A DNA stretch of 32,000 nt from Candidatus Babelota bacterium (GTDB taxonomy: Bacteria; Babelota; Babeliae; Babelales; Vermiphilaceae): the NCBI GenBank assembly GCA_039809905.1, contig JBDHVY010000001.1, positions 690,001 through 722,000 of the forward strand, in the 5' to 3' direction. Shown one piece after another: positions 15,634 to 25,156 of the stretch. The notes under the pieces are model-generated. The model was not told the DNA's origin. It saw only the letters and a list, made by a program, of their open reading frames with translations, and ran no database searches. The stretch's first letter is position 1, and each line of letters opens with the position of its first letter. Position numbers and translations under genes: made by a program.

Positions 15634-16557
15634 ATGAATATTCTTTACGATGTTACCTATTACATTAATGATATCCAGGCAAGACTCTATCCACTTTATG
15701 GTGATAATACACTTTGCCAGCAATATGCCTGGTGGATTTTGCAGGCAATCTGCGAAAAAACCAAAACAGAGCTTATCATACAAGAATCAATTGTGCTTAC
15801 TCCTGAACAACGACAAAAAATTGATCAATGGATGAAATATTTGATCGAAGATAAAATGCCATTGCAATATGTATTGGGCTTTGTTCCTTTTGCAGATCTT
15901 GAAATTTTGGTGGAACCACCTACGCTTATTCCTCGTCCAGAAACAGAAGAGTGGTCTTTATATATTATTGAGCATTTGCTATTGCTTGATAATAAAAAAT
16001 TAAAAATATTAGATCTTGCTACTGGTTCTGGATGTGTTGCGCTTACCTTTGCACATTATTTACCGCAAGCAACGATAGTTGCTACTGATATTGCCGATTC
16101 TGCGCTTGAATTAACGGAAAAAAATAGTGAACACAATAAAATCAGAAATGTTACGACTATAAAATCCGATCTTTTTGAATCAATTCCACACGGTATGAAA
16201 TTCGATATAATTGTTTCCAATCCGCCGTATATTACCGAGGCTGAATTTACTCAACTTGATGAAACAGTAACGTGTTGGGAAGATCACGCAGCATTAGTTG
16301 CCCCTGATAATGGTCTTGCTATCATTAAAAAAATCATTGCACAAGCTCCTCTGTTTATACAAACTAATAATGAAATGAAGCAAAAAAATATTCCTCAAAT
16401 TGTTATAGAAATTGGATATACACAAGGAGATGCGGTGAGAGACATAATGCTTGCTGCTCATTATAATGATGTTCTTGTGCATAAAGATTTAGAAGGTAAA
16501 GATCGGTTTGTTACTGGAAGGGTCAATTATGTGGCCGATACCAACGCTGGATCATAA
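15634..16557 (+). CDS. prmC: peptide chain release factor N5-glutamine methyltransferase
   Basis: LIPRPETEEW, ILDLATGSGCVALTFA, VSNPPYITEAE. Confidence 0.93.
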   Translation: MNILYDVTYYINDIQARLYPLYGDNTLCQQYAWWILQAICEKTKTELIIQESIVLTPEQRQKIDQWMKYLIEDKMPLQYVLGFVPFADLEILVEPPTLIPRPETEEWSLYIIEHLLLLDNKKLKILDLATGSGCVALTFAHYLPQATIVATDIADSALELTEKNSEHNKIRNVTTIKSDLFESIPHGMKFDIIVSNPPYITEAEFTQLDETVTCWEDHAALVAPDNGLAIIKKIIAQAPLFIQTNNEMKQKNIPQIVIEIGYTQGDAVRDIMLAAHYNDVLVHKDLEGKDRFVTGRVNYVADTNAGS

Positions 16558-17227
16558 TATAGTTACGATCTCATTTTCTTCAGATAATCTTGTGTGTAGT
16601 TGGATACAAAAAACGAAAACAGGAACAGCTCCATTGCAATTATGCGCATACCAACGATACCAACTTTCTCATTTCGAACTTGCCAATCTTATTCTTTTTA
16701 ATCCAACAATGATCAAAAAATATATTACTTTTTTTTTGCAAAAGCATAATCTTTACGATGCTTTTATTGTGTGCAGTTTTGATGGTCTAGCTATTGCAGA
16801 AGCATTTATTGCTATGCCAACAGCAACACCTCATCGTGCTGATTTTGGCATTCCAGTATCCAGTAATACAGCGTGGGAATATCGTTATATGTACCCAAAT
16901 GATCAGAACCAGCATGTTTTTTATGTTTATACAATGCCAAGATTTTTGGTGTTACAATATCAATTGCTTGCTATTGCTATGCAATGTAATGTTATTACAA
17001 TGACAACCAAAACGATGGCGCTTTTTTATGCATATAAGACTATTTTTGGTGCGGCATTCAGAAAAAGTCAGTTGGCTGTAGATATGATGCGACATAATAA
17101 TGCTATTGAAGATCTTATTTCTCTTGATGGATTAAGACGCATGATATCTATACCTCTTGAGATTAATATAAAAGATGAAAAACCATTTATTGCTCCAGCT
17201 GTTGGGTTATTTTGTGCTGAAAGGTAA
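16529..17227 (+). CDS. possible PilM-like (actin-fold) protein
   Basis: Length and secondary pattern, and position directly upstream of a PilN-like protein; no diagnostic motif seen. ORF track start is 16508. Confidence 0.4.
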   Translation: MWPIPTLDHNIVTISFSSDNLVCSWIQKTKTGTAPLQLCAYQRYQLSHFELANLILFNPTMIKKYITFFLQKHNLYDAFIVCSFDGLAIAEAFIAMPTATPHRADFGIPVSSNTAWEYRYMYPNDQNQHVFYVYTMPRFLVLQYQLLAIAMQCNVITMTTKTMALFYAYKTIFGAAFRKSQLAVDMMRHNNAIEDLISLDGLRRMISIPLEINIKDEKPFIAPAVGLFCAER

Positions 17228-17239
17228 GGTAAGTGCGGA

Positions 17240-17773
17240 ATGAAAAAAATTAATTTTATCACATCTTTATCGCCTCAAAAACAGTACGAAATTAATTGCT
17301 GGTTTTGGGTAACATTTTTTTTGAGTGTATCTGCAATAAGCATGGGAGCATATTTTTTTGTACCAAAGATAATGTGTTATGTTTCATTGCACAAACAATG
17401 CGTTGCATTGCGTGAAAGAACAAAAAATTATGCAGAAATTACAAAAAATAAAGATATCTTTAGCAAAGAATATGATGCATTACGTATGCGTGAAACTAAA
17501 ATAAATAGGTATGTTGATAAAGCAAAAAATCCTCATGATTATATTGCAACAATTGTTCATGTATGTGGTGATAACATTCATTTAGAATCAGTGCAATTTA
17601 TTAAAAAAGAATGTGAGATTATCATAGTGTGTCAGAATGTCCAGCAGGCACATCTATGCGTTAAATGCATCAACGAATCGAATAAGTTTTCTCATTGTAA
17701 AATAACTTCATTGGTGCATAATATGGAAAAAAAATTATATAAAGCTACAATTAAAGGACATATAATTTATTAA
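17240..17773 (+). CDS. possible PilN-like membrane protein
   Basis: Starts MKKINFITSLSPQKQYE (PilN-like INLLP-type start), single N-terminal TM, coiled-coil-like segment. Confidence 0.4.
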   Translation: MKKINFITSLSPQKQYEINCWFWVTFFLSVSAISMGAYFFVPKIMCYVSLHKQCVALRERTKNYAEITKNKDIFSKEYDALRMRETKINRYVDKAKNPHDYIATIVHVCGDNIHLESVQFIKKECEIIIVCQNVQQAHLCVKCINESNKFSHCKITSLVHNMEKKLYKATIKGHIIY

Positions 17774-17803
17774 AAATATTACTACAGTAAAGGTCTCTTT
17801 AAA

Positions 17804-18439
17804 ATGATACATATAAGACAAATCGCTATAAGTTTATTGATGACAATCAGTTGTTTTTCACTAGAAGTAATAGGTTCTGGTGTTTGGTATGGACATCCTA
17901 CAACAGATCGTATGAATGATAGAATAGAGCACTATCTTGCTATATCTACAAATGAAGTTGCACAACGAGCAGGAACGGATCGAGATGTTGCAATGGCATT
18001 TAAAAGAGAAATGTTGACTGACCCGGTAGATGGTGAAGAAATAAGCGAAGAACGCAAAAATAAAAAATGTATGCAACAGATAAGAATTATTTTAAAAAAA
18101 GGTGAGGATTCTGGAACAAAACTAGAATTAGTTGAATTCAAAGAAAATACGTCTATTGCGCTTGATAATAAAGAAAAAGCTCTTATTTTAACACGCGATG
18201 GATTAGCATCTCGTAAATCAATGCTCCTAAATGTGGTATTAGTTGGTGGGCTTTTAGCGATGGCAGGAGCGCGCGCGAGCAAGGATAATAAAACAGCAGG
18301 TGCGCTTACAGGTGGTTTGGGAGCTACTATGGTAGTAGGTGGTGGGATAGGTTTGTGCTTTGTAGGAGCAGAAAGTCCATTTAATACCCATATAAACCAA
18401 ATACAAACTATGAAAAATGATTGGGAAATCAGTTTTTAA
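17804..18439 (+). CDS. secreted/membrane hypothetical protein, 'RAGTDRD-KNKKCMQQ' family member B
   Basis: EVAQRAGTDRDVAMAFKREMLTDPVDGEEISEERKNKKCMQQIRIILKKGE; glycine-rich TM region; C-terminal INQIQTMKNDWEISF matches HKARIHTMKTEWENSF of member A. Confidence 0.75.
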   Translation: MIHIRQIAISLLMTISCFSLEVIGSGVWYGHPTTDRMNDRIEHYLAISTNEVAQRAGTDRDVAMAFKREMLTDPVDGEEISEERKNKKCMQQIRIILKKGEDSGTKLELVEFKENTSIALDNKEKALILTRDGLASRKSMLLNVVLVGGLLAMAGARASKDNKTAGALTGGLGATMVVGGGIGLCFVGAESPFNTHINQIQTMKNDWEISF

Positions 18440-18486
18440 TACTAAATAAAAGATAAAAAATACCTGTTTTTATTAAAGGAGAGTGA

Positions 18487-18858
18487 ATGAAACTGAATAT
18501 GATGTTGGCAGCTTTGTGCTTTATTGGTGCATATGAATCTGCTATGGCAATGGATAAAAGAGATGCATATTTAAAATTTAAAGTTAATAAAGAATTACAA
18601 ATTGTAGGGCATAAAGCAAAACAGATGGAATTATTTGCAAAGCCGGAAGAGTTTACGGGAAAAATTATTACAGAGGTTATACCGTTGAGTCCTGAAGATA
18701 AAGATGCTTTGAAGAATGGTTTTCAAAATGCTTTTGTGCTTAAAAAGAAACAAAAAGTTGAATACACATTGGAAGATATGCGATATGTTGCGGCAATTCA
18801 ACGTAAAAAAGATAGTTTTTCTGTGAAAGTAAAAGAAGCATCTACGGTAAAAAGATAG
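18487..18858 (+). CDS. small secreted hypothetical protein
   Basis: MKLNMMLAALCFIGAYESAMAMD signal peptide, RBS aaaggagagtga. Confidence 0.65.
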   Translation: MKLNMMLAALCFIGAYESAMAMDKRDAYLKFKVNKELQIVGHKAKQMELFAKPEEFTGKIITEVIPLSPEDKDALKNGFQNAFVLKKKQKVEYTLEDMRYVAAIQRKKDSFSVKVKEASTVKR

Positions 18859-18884
18859 ATACTTTAATTTAATAGTTTGATATG

Positions 18885-18914
18885 AAAAGACCGAGCTTCA
18901 AGCTCGGTTTTTTA
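18885..18914 (+). terminator. intrinsic terminator
   Basis: AAAAGACCGAGCTtcaAGCTCGGTTTTTT. Confidence 0.85.
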
Positions 18915-19316
18915 TGTTTATACAATCAATTTTTTATATAATAGATATAGAAATAATGGCGTTGCAAAAATCAGGCATCTATTACAAATCCATGCTCTTG
19001 TTTCTTTGTGCACAAAATGTTTGAGGATTTTTGCTGGATCAACGATCTTTCTGATAATATCATCATCATTTATTTTTATATTAGTGTATAATATAAAATA
19101 TAGCAAATATATACAATTCAAGATTTATACTGTTTTGGTCTATGAACTTAGATTGAAATGGCCATCAAAACCAGGTACTCTTTGTATTAAGCTTTTTAAA
19201 ATATGAATATTAAATACAGCTTTCTTTTTGTTGGCCTGTTTTTCAATTGTTTTCTGTATAGTATAACAAAAATCACTATGCCAGAGCGAAAAAAAGTATC
19301 TAAAACTCTCTTAATA

Positions 19317-19351
19317 GGGGATCCCCAACCGGTATATAATAAAGATTGGGG
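19317..19351 (+). promoter_or_regulatory. recurrent G/C-tract element, copy D
   Basis: CTCTTAATA-GGGGATCCCC-AACCGGTATATAATAAAGATT-GGGG-CTATAAT, 22 nt before the probable polA start. Confidence 0.55.
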
Positions 19352-19373
19352 CTATAATGTAGATAGGTTGGTT

Positions 19374-22097
19374 ATGAAATTAGATCCAAAAAAAACGCTA
19401 TTTCTTATCGATGGTTCTTCATTTTTATATCGTGCATATTACGGTCTTAAGCCGCTGCATGCTCCCTCTGGTGTGCCTGTGCAGGCTGTTTTTAGTTTTT
19501 GTCGGACTATTAAAAAATTAATTGATGCGTATGGGCCTGAATATATTGCGCTTGTGTGGGATAGCAAGGGTAAAACCACACGACATGAAATTTTTGCTGA
19601 TTACAAAGCAACGCGCCAAGCGCCGCCAAGTGATTTATTTGAGCAGAAGGAATATATTGTTGAGTTTGCTGATTTGATTGGTATGAAGCAAGTGGTGCAA
19701 TCAGGCATTGAGGCAGATGATTTAATGTATTCCTTAGCCAAAGATTGGGTAGAACAAAATCCGGAACATGGTGTTGTTTTTGTAACGCTTGATAAAGATA
19801 TGGGACAAGCATTAACATTGGCAGAGCATGTTTATTTGCTTGATGCTTTTAAAGAGCAGCTTTTCGATCGTATGGCGATCGAAGAAAAAATGGGTTTTGT
19901 AGTTGAAAAATTACCATTTTATTTTGCATTGCTTGGAGATGCTTCTGATAATATTCCTGGAGTGCGTGGCGTTGGCAAAACAACTGCGCAAGCATTGGTA
20001 AATCAGTTTGATTCAATGGAAGATATGTACCATCAACTGCATGAAATTAAAAAAGCGGGTGTCAAAACAGCGTTGTTAACATATAAAGAAGATGCATTTT
20101 TGAGTTATAAATTATTTTTATTACATTATGAATCATTAGGATTGAGTTCTGAAGATTTATTTTTTGATGCGCACAACTGGAATAATGCACGGCCTCTTTT
20201 TGAAGAGCTTAATTTTAAATCACTGACAGCAACTGCAGGCCAAACAAAGCAAGATCGTGTTCACAATGTTCAGCAAAAAATTGAGTATTGGAAAGACCGT
20301 AATTTTATAACAGTACAAACAATTGCACAATTGAATGAATTATGCCAATATTTGCAAGCCAAAGGTTCTTTCGCTCTTGATACTGAAACAACAGGGTTGC
20401 AACCTTTGGAAGTTGATCTTGTTGGTTTATCGTTTTGTACCGATGAAGAGCATTCGTATTATATTCCTTGTGGGCATCAAACAGGTGAAATTCAATTGCC
20501 ATGCTCAACTATTATTGCTGCATTAAAACCAATTTTGGAAAATGCTCAGATCAAAAAATATTTGCATAACGCAAAATATGACATGTTAGTTCTGAGTCAT
20601 CATGGTATTGAATTACAAGGTCTTGAGCTTGATACTCTGGTTGGAGCGAACTTAATTATTAAAGAATGGCAGAGCGCGAGTTTAAAAAAATTATCGCATT
20701 CATTTTTCAATGAAGAAATGCTTACGTATGAAGATGTTGTTAAATCACATAAATATAAAGATTTTTCATACGTGCCTCTTGAATTGGCAACATTGTATGC
20801 TGCTGCAGATTCATATCAAACACTTCGCTTAGTCGATATTATCAAAGATGCTTTTGCGCAAGAAAAAAAGATATATGAGTTATATAAAAATATAGAACAT
20901 CCTTTAATTCAAATTTTATATGAAATGGAGAAAAAGGGTGTGGATCTTGATGTTCCATTACTTAATTCATTAAATGAAAAAGTCTCGGCAGATTTAGCAA
21001 TTATTGAAGCAGAAATTGCAGCTGTTGTGGGTAAAGAAACAATTAACTTAAATTCACCGCGCCAAGTTGAACATTTACTTTTTGATGTGTTGCAATTGCC
21101 GCCACAAAAAAAGAGTAAAACCGGTAAATTCTCAACTGACTATGAAGTGCTCAAAACATTGGCAGTATTACATCCTATCCCTGCACTCATCATCAAACAT
21201 CGAGAATTAACTAAATTAAAAAATACGTATATTGAAGCTTTACCAACATATGTGAATAAAGAAACACATAAAGTGCATACTACTTTTGGACAAACTACGG
21301 CAGCAACAGGGCGTTTGGCAAGTTCCAATCCTAATTTGCAAAATATTCCAGCTGATGCTGCAGGTTATGGTATTGAAGTCCGTGGAGCTTTTAAAGCAGG
21401 TGAAGATAGAGTATTTATCTCTGCAGATTATTCACAGATCGAGTTGCGGGTGCTTGCATATTTATCACAAGATGAAAATTTAATAAATGCCTTTTTACAA
21501 GGTCATGATATTCATACAGAAACAGCAGCGCGTTTATTTGATACAACAATAGTAACGAATGAACAGCGTCAGTTAGGAAAACGTATTAATTTTAGTATTT
21601 TATATGGTCTTACGCCCTATGGATTATCAAAGGATTTGAATATTTCATTCAAAGATGCAAAAAAATATATCGAACGGTATTTTGAGCAATATCCAAAAGT
21701 TGCATCATGGATGAAATCAATCATTGAATATACAACTGAACATGGATACGTAGAAACGTATTGGGGCCGTCGACGTTATATTCCTACCATTTATGAAAAA
21801 AATAGAACGCTGTATGAAGAAGCATGTCGTATAGCAGTTAATACAGTAGCACAAGGAACAGCAGCAGAGATTATGAAGTTGGGCATGATAGCAGTTAATA
21901 ATGTTTTGCGTGAGCAATTTCCTGCTAGCTTTATAGTGTTACAAATTCACGATGAACTTATTATTTCCGCGCCAGTTTCTGATGCTATTGCAGTTCAGAT
22001 AGCAGTTAAAAATGCTCTAGAGTCTGTCGTCTCCTGGAATATACCACTTGAAGTTATGACGAACAATGGATCTGATTGGAAAGAGATTACAAAATGA
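19374..22097 (+). CDS. polA: DNA polymerase I (ORF open from 19203; authentic start probably 19374)
   Basis: MKLDPKKTLFLIDGSSFLYRAYYGL (5' nuclease), FALDTETTGL (3'-5' exo), DYSQIELRVLAYLS, RLGKRINFSILYGLTPYGL, QIHDELI (polymerase). Confidence 0.95.
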   Translation: MKLDPKKTLFLIDGSSFLYRAYYGLKPLHAPSGVPVQAVFSFCRTIKKLIDAYGPEYIALVWDSKGKTTRHEIFADYKATRQAPPSDLFEQKEYIVEFADLIGMKQVVQSGIEADDLMYSLAKDWVEQNPEHGVVFVTLDKDMGQALTLAEHVYLLDAFKEQLFDRMAIEEKMGFVVEKLPFYFALLGDASDNIPGVRGVGKTTAQALVNQFDSMEDMYHQLHEIKKAGVKTALLTYKEDAFLSYKLFLLHYESLGLSSEDLFFDAHNWNNARPLFEELNFKSLTATAGQTKQDRVHNVQQKIEYWKDRNFITVQTIAQLNELCQYLQAKGSFALDTETTGLQPLEVDLVGLSFCTDEEHSYYIPCGHQTGEIQLPCSTIIAALKPILENAQIKKYLHNAKYDMLVLSHHGIELQGLELDTLVGANLIIKEWQSASLKKLSHSFFNEEMLTYEDVVKSHKYKDFSYVPLELATLYAAADSYQTLRLVDIIKDAFAQEKKIYELYKNIEHPLIQILYEMEKKGVDLDVPLLNSLNEKVSADLAIIEAEIAAVVGKETINLNSPRQVEHLLFDVLQLPPQKKSKTGKFSTDYEVLKTLAVLHPIPALIIKHRELTKLKNTYIEALPTYVNKETHKVHTTFGQTTAATGRLASSNPNLQNIPADAAGYGIEVRGAFKAGEDRVFISADYSQIELRVLAYLSQDENLINAFLQGHDIHTETAARLFDTTIVTNEQRQLGKRINFSILYGLTPYGLSKDLNISFKDAKKYIERYFEQYPKVASWMKSIIEYTTEHGYVETYWGRRRYIPTIYEKNRTLYEEACRIAVNTVAQGTAAEIMKLGMIAVNNVLREQFPASFIVLQIHDELIISAPVSDAIAVQIAVKNALESVVSWNIPLEVMTNNGSDWKEITK

Positions 22098-22269
22098 TGC
22101 AGAAATAGAAGACTTAAAAGCACAAGTGAAGGCAGAAGCTGAAAAAGTCAATAAAGAATCTATTGAGAAGGCAAATCTCAGAAAAGAATAAAATAATTAT
22201 GGATACGGACTTATTTTGTGTGCACTCACTTTTTTTTCATACTTTGTATATGTTCAGTATACGTATTAG
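22096..22269 (+). pseudogene. possible truncated remnant of a coiled-coil + TM protein
   Basis: Frame DAEIEDLKAQVKAEAEKVNKESIEKANLRKE*NNYGYGLILCALTFFSYFVYVQYTY*; no start codon, one in-frame TAA between the coiled-coil-like and hydrophobic parts. Confidence 0.4.
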
Positions 22270-22317
22270 TGAATAAACACAAGAGTACAATTGATTTGAT
22301 TGTGCATAGATTACGAA

Positions 22318-22350
22318 ATAAAAAAGCCTCCATGTGGAGGCTTTTTTTTA
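22318..22350. terminator. intrinsic terminator
   Basis: AAAAAAGCCTCCAtgTGGAGGCTTTTTTTT. Confidence 0.85.
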
Positions 22351-22365
22351 TTAACTTACTTTGTT

Positions 22366-22881
22366 TTATACTTGAGCTTCAAGTTCTTTTATTTTAGCAT
22401 CTATTCTTTGTAATAGATTGTTAAATACGATTGCCATATCCCAGCATTCTTTATTTTGAAAATCATTCATTACCAGTTCAGCAGTTTGTTCATCGTTGTA
22501 AAGCTTAAGGAAAACAGATCTTAATAATTTGTCTTGCGGGCATTCGTTGCCATTGTAATCTGGATAATTAAAGCCTGAATTGCACAATTGTTCAAGTGTT
22601 TCTATTTTTTGATTCTCTAATATATTCATAAAATAATCGATCTCAAAAGAATATGGAGCAATTGCTTTAAGAGCTAAAATTTCGTTCCATAGAATGTCTA
22701 GATTGGCAAGATACGTTTTATTTGGATCGCGTTTGCTTTCTGCTATTGTTTCTGTCAATTCATTTTGTAGTTCGATTTTTATGTTTTGTAAGTTTGCGAG
22801 CATCTCTTGTTTTGTAGGTTTTTCTGTTGTTGATGTAATTGCTGCTGATGCTAAAAGAGTAGTTAGTAATAAGTTTTTCAT
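22366..22881 (-). CDS. small secreted hypothetical protein
   Basis: Signal-peptide-like MKNLLLTTLLASAAITSTT. Confidence 0.65.
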   Translation of the reverse strand: MKNLLLTTLLASAAITSTTEKPTKQEMLANLQNIKIELQNELTETIAESKRDPNKTYLANLDILWNEILALKAIAPYSFEIDYFMNILENQKIETLEQLCNSGFNYPDYNGNECPQDKLLRSVFLKLYNDEQTAELVMNDFQNKECWDMAIVFNNLLQRIDAKIKELEAQV

Positions 22882-22893
22882 AATGGTTTCCTT

Positions 22894-23301
22894 TTACGAT
22901 TGTTTTTTCTGTTCTTTGATTTGGGAACATAATTCACGATAGTTTCTTTCTAGCGATGCATAATGAGAATTGCTATATAATTGAGATTTTAAATGATCCA
23001 TCTGATGAAATAGTAAATATTTTTTAATAAAATAGAGGAATGGTGAGCCTGTAGTCGGCTTCATATAATATATTTTTTTGATTTGCTCTGTGTGATTTAT
23101 CGCATTATTGATTACTCGACATTGTTTATTGCCTGTTTGGTTATTACAAAAATCTCTCAATTTAGAATTTTGAGATATATCAAGTAATAAACTCTTCATA
23201 GCCTCTACTGTATCTTGATTAAAATCTTGAGCTGGATTTGTAGAAAAACTGATAAATGGTGCAAAAATGGCGATAAAAAGCGCTAATACATTATTTTTCA
23301 T
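22894..23301 (-). CDS. small secreted hypothetical protein
   Basis: Signal peptide MKNNVLALFIAIFAPFISFS. Confidence 0.65.
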   Translation of the reverse strand: MKNNVLALFIAIFAPFISFSTNPAQDFNQDTVEAMKSLLLDISQNSKLRDFCNNQTGNKQCRVINNAINHTEQIKKIYYMKPTTGSPFLYFIKKYLLFHQMDHLKSQLYSNSHYASLERNYRELCSQIKEQKKQS

Positions 23302-23391
23302 GACTTACAATCCCTGATTTAGCATTAATGTTATAGTAGTAAGTATAGCAATGTATTGCAAATTGTCAATATTGAAAAGGTTTAATAGAAT

Positions 23392-23937
23392 CTAATCGTT
23401 ATTTTTTCGCTGATAGGTGCCAATGAGAGTTGTTTGTTCCAAGATATGGCCATGCATAGCTTTCAAGATGTCTTCTTTTGTTGCTCCTGCAGGTGCATCA
23501 AGCATAGTGTCTAATGCGTAAAGAGTAAAATGATAATGATGAGTACCACGTGGTGGGCACGGGCCACCCCATTTTTGAGTGCCAAAATCAGTTGATCCAT
23601 AGGTGAATGGTGCTTCTGCTCGTGATGAACCTTGATTTTTATCAATATGATCGACGGTTGAAGGAATATTAAATACAACCCAATGAACCCATACTTTTGC
23701 TGGCGTGTCCGAAGTAGCTTTAGCGAAGTTGGACGCATCCGGATCATCAACGATTAATGCAAAGCTTTGTGTATTTTCCGGTGCATCTGACCACATGAGT
23801 GCCGGAGAAATGTTTGCACCATCGCAACTATATTCTGTTGGAATTGATTCATTATGAGAAAAGGCTGGGCTTATAAGTTTCATAACTGCGCTCGCTGGTA
23901 AACAATAAAAGAGAGCTATTAATAATATTTTTTTCAT
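23392..23937 (-). CDS. secreted phosphatidylethanolamine-binding protein (YbhB/YbcL, Raf kinase inhibitor-like)
   Basis: IPTEYSCDGANISPALMW, ALIVDDPDA, VHWVVFNIP, YGGPCPP-like WGGPCPPRGTHHYHFTLYALD; signal peptide. Confidence 0.93.
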   Translation of the reverse strand: MKKILLIALFYCLPASAVMKLISPAFSHNESIPTEYSCDGANISPALMWSDAPENTQSFALIVDDPDASNFAKATSDTPAKVWVHWVVFNIPSTVDHIDKNQGSSRAEAPFTYGSTDFGTQKWGGPCPPRGTHHYHFTLYALDTMLDAPAGATKEDILKAMHGHILEQTTLIGTYQRKNND

Positions 23938-24401
23938 TCTTGAACTACCGTTTCATTTTTTAATTCATCTCTTTTTTGCGTTAATTTCTGTCCCAAAAGT
24001 AAGCAATATTGCTTTTGCGCCATTGATGAGAAAAGATTTTTCCCATAATCTTTCATAGTTACTTTTGGGAAGAAGGTTGAAAAATGGAACGTTGTTTTAA
24101 GGCTATTGAATGACATATTTCGATTCGCTATAGCTTCAAAGTGAGTATTGACGGTAGTTTGTAATTGGGTAAGTACTTCGCTACGAGCTAGTGCTCGTTC
24201 AAGTACAGGCTGTACTGATGCATAAAGCTTTGGTGATGCTATTTGAGCTCTTTTGATTTGAATTTTTGCTACATTCAATGCGCGTTTAATCGCAGATAAT
24301 TCATTGTTTATATGCTCTATCTGGCTTTCAGATGTGGACATGCCCCAGGCTGATGCCGTGGTTAGTATTATCAATAGAGAAAAGTAACTTTTTTTTAACA
24401 T
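23934..24401 (-). CDS. small secreted coiled-coil-like hypothetical protein
   Basis: MLKKSYFSLLIILTTASAWG signal peptide; C-terminal LLLGQKLTQKRDELKNE. Confidence 0.65.
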   Translation of the reverse strand: MLKKSYFSLLIILTTASAWGMSTSESQIEHINNELSAIKRALNVAKIQIKRAQIASPKLYASVQPVLERALARSEVLTQLQTTVNTHFEAIANRNMSFNSLKTTFHFSTFFPKVTMKDYGKNLFSSMAQKQYCLLLGQKLTQKRDELKNETVVQE

Positions 24402-24483
24402 AATATATCCTATCAATAAAATTGTCTTTCTACTGACAGGATATATTATTTATATTCTAATAGTCAATTAATGTTGAATAATA

Positions 24484-25044
24484 TTAAACAAGCGCAGCTT
24501 GATTTTCCCGCTGTATGTTTTCAAGTTCAGCGGCGAGTTCGCTTTTTTTAACCTCTAGTTTCTCAATAAGCAGTCGAGACCCACGTGTAATAGCATATGC
24601 AACATAAAATATGTTAAATAACTGTTCAGTTTGTTCATCAAATGAAGCATTTGAGAGTTCAGTTTTTATTTTTTGCTCAAGAGGGAATGCGCTTGGATCG
24701 ATAATAATATCATCAAATGAGATGTTTTCATCAACGATTAGACGTGCTTGTTCAGTAGTGACTTGTTCGATGGTAGAACTAAATTCATCACTGAGCAGAA
24801 TGGTAGCAAGTACAACCCAACATCTGTTCTTTGTAGATTCATAGGTATCTTGCAATAATTCTTGAAAATGTTTTTCTGTGCGGTTTTTTAAAATAAGACC
24901 TACCTTTACTTCCAGCATGATGGCACTTATTTGCTGAGAGATATGCTCAAGAGAGCTTTGGATTACGATTGTGCGATCAGAAGGAATAAGTGTAGAGAAT
25001 GGTAATACCATAAAGGCTACAGAAAGACACAAATTTTTTAACAT
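24484..25044 (-). CDS. secreted coiled-coil-like hypothetical protein, possible distant paralog of the 23934 gene
   Basis: MLKNLCLSVAFMVLPFSTLIPS signal peptide; C-terminal RLLIEKLEVKKSELAAELE. Confidence 0.65.
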   Translation of the reverse strand: MLKNLCLSVAFMVLPFSTLIPSDRTIVIQSSLEHISQQISAIMLEVKVGLILKNRTEKHFQELLQDTYESTKNRCWVVLATILLSDEFSSTIEQVTTEQARLIVDENISFDDIIIDPSAFPLEQKIKTELSNASFDEQTEQLFNIFYVAYAITRGSRLLIEKLEVKKSELAAELENIQRENQAALV

Positions 25045-25156
25045 AATAATCCTGGAAAAGGTAGTAATACAATGATTTTTTATTAATTAAGTGTGTCATA
25101 ACCACGCTATTTAGTCAAAAGACGGGTTTTTCCGTTTCAAGTTATTTTTCTTTATA

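Noticed and set aside
18918-19121. 67-aa minus-strand ORF with C-terminal hydrophobic segment
   Set aside because: Possible small protein, but no clear RBS, homology cue or signal peptide; not enough to list as a feature.
19510-21917. Multiple short ORFs inside polA on both strands
   Set aside because: All overlap highly conserved polA coding sequence.
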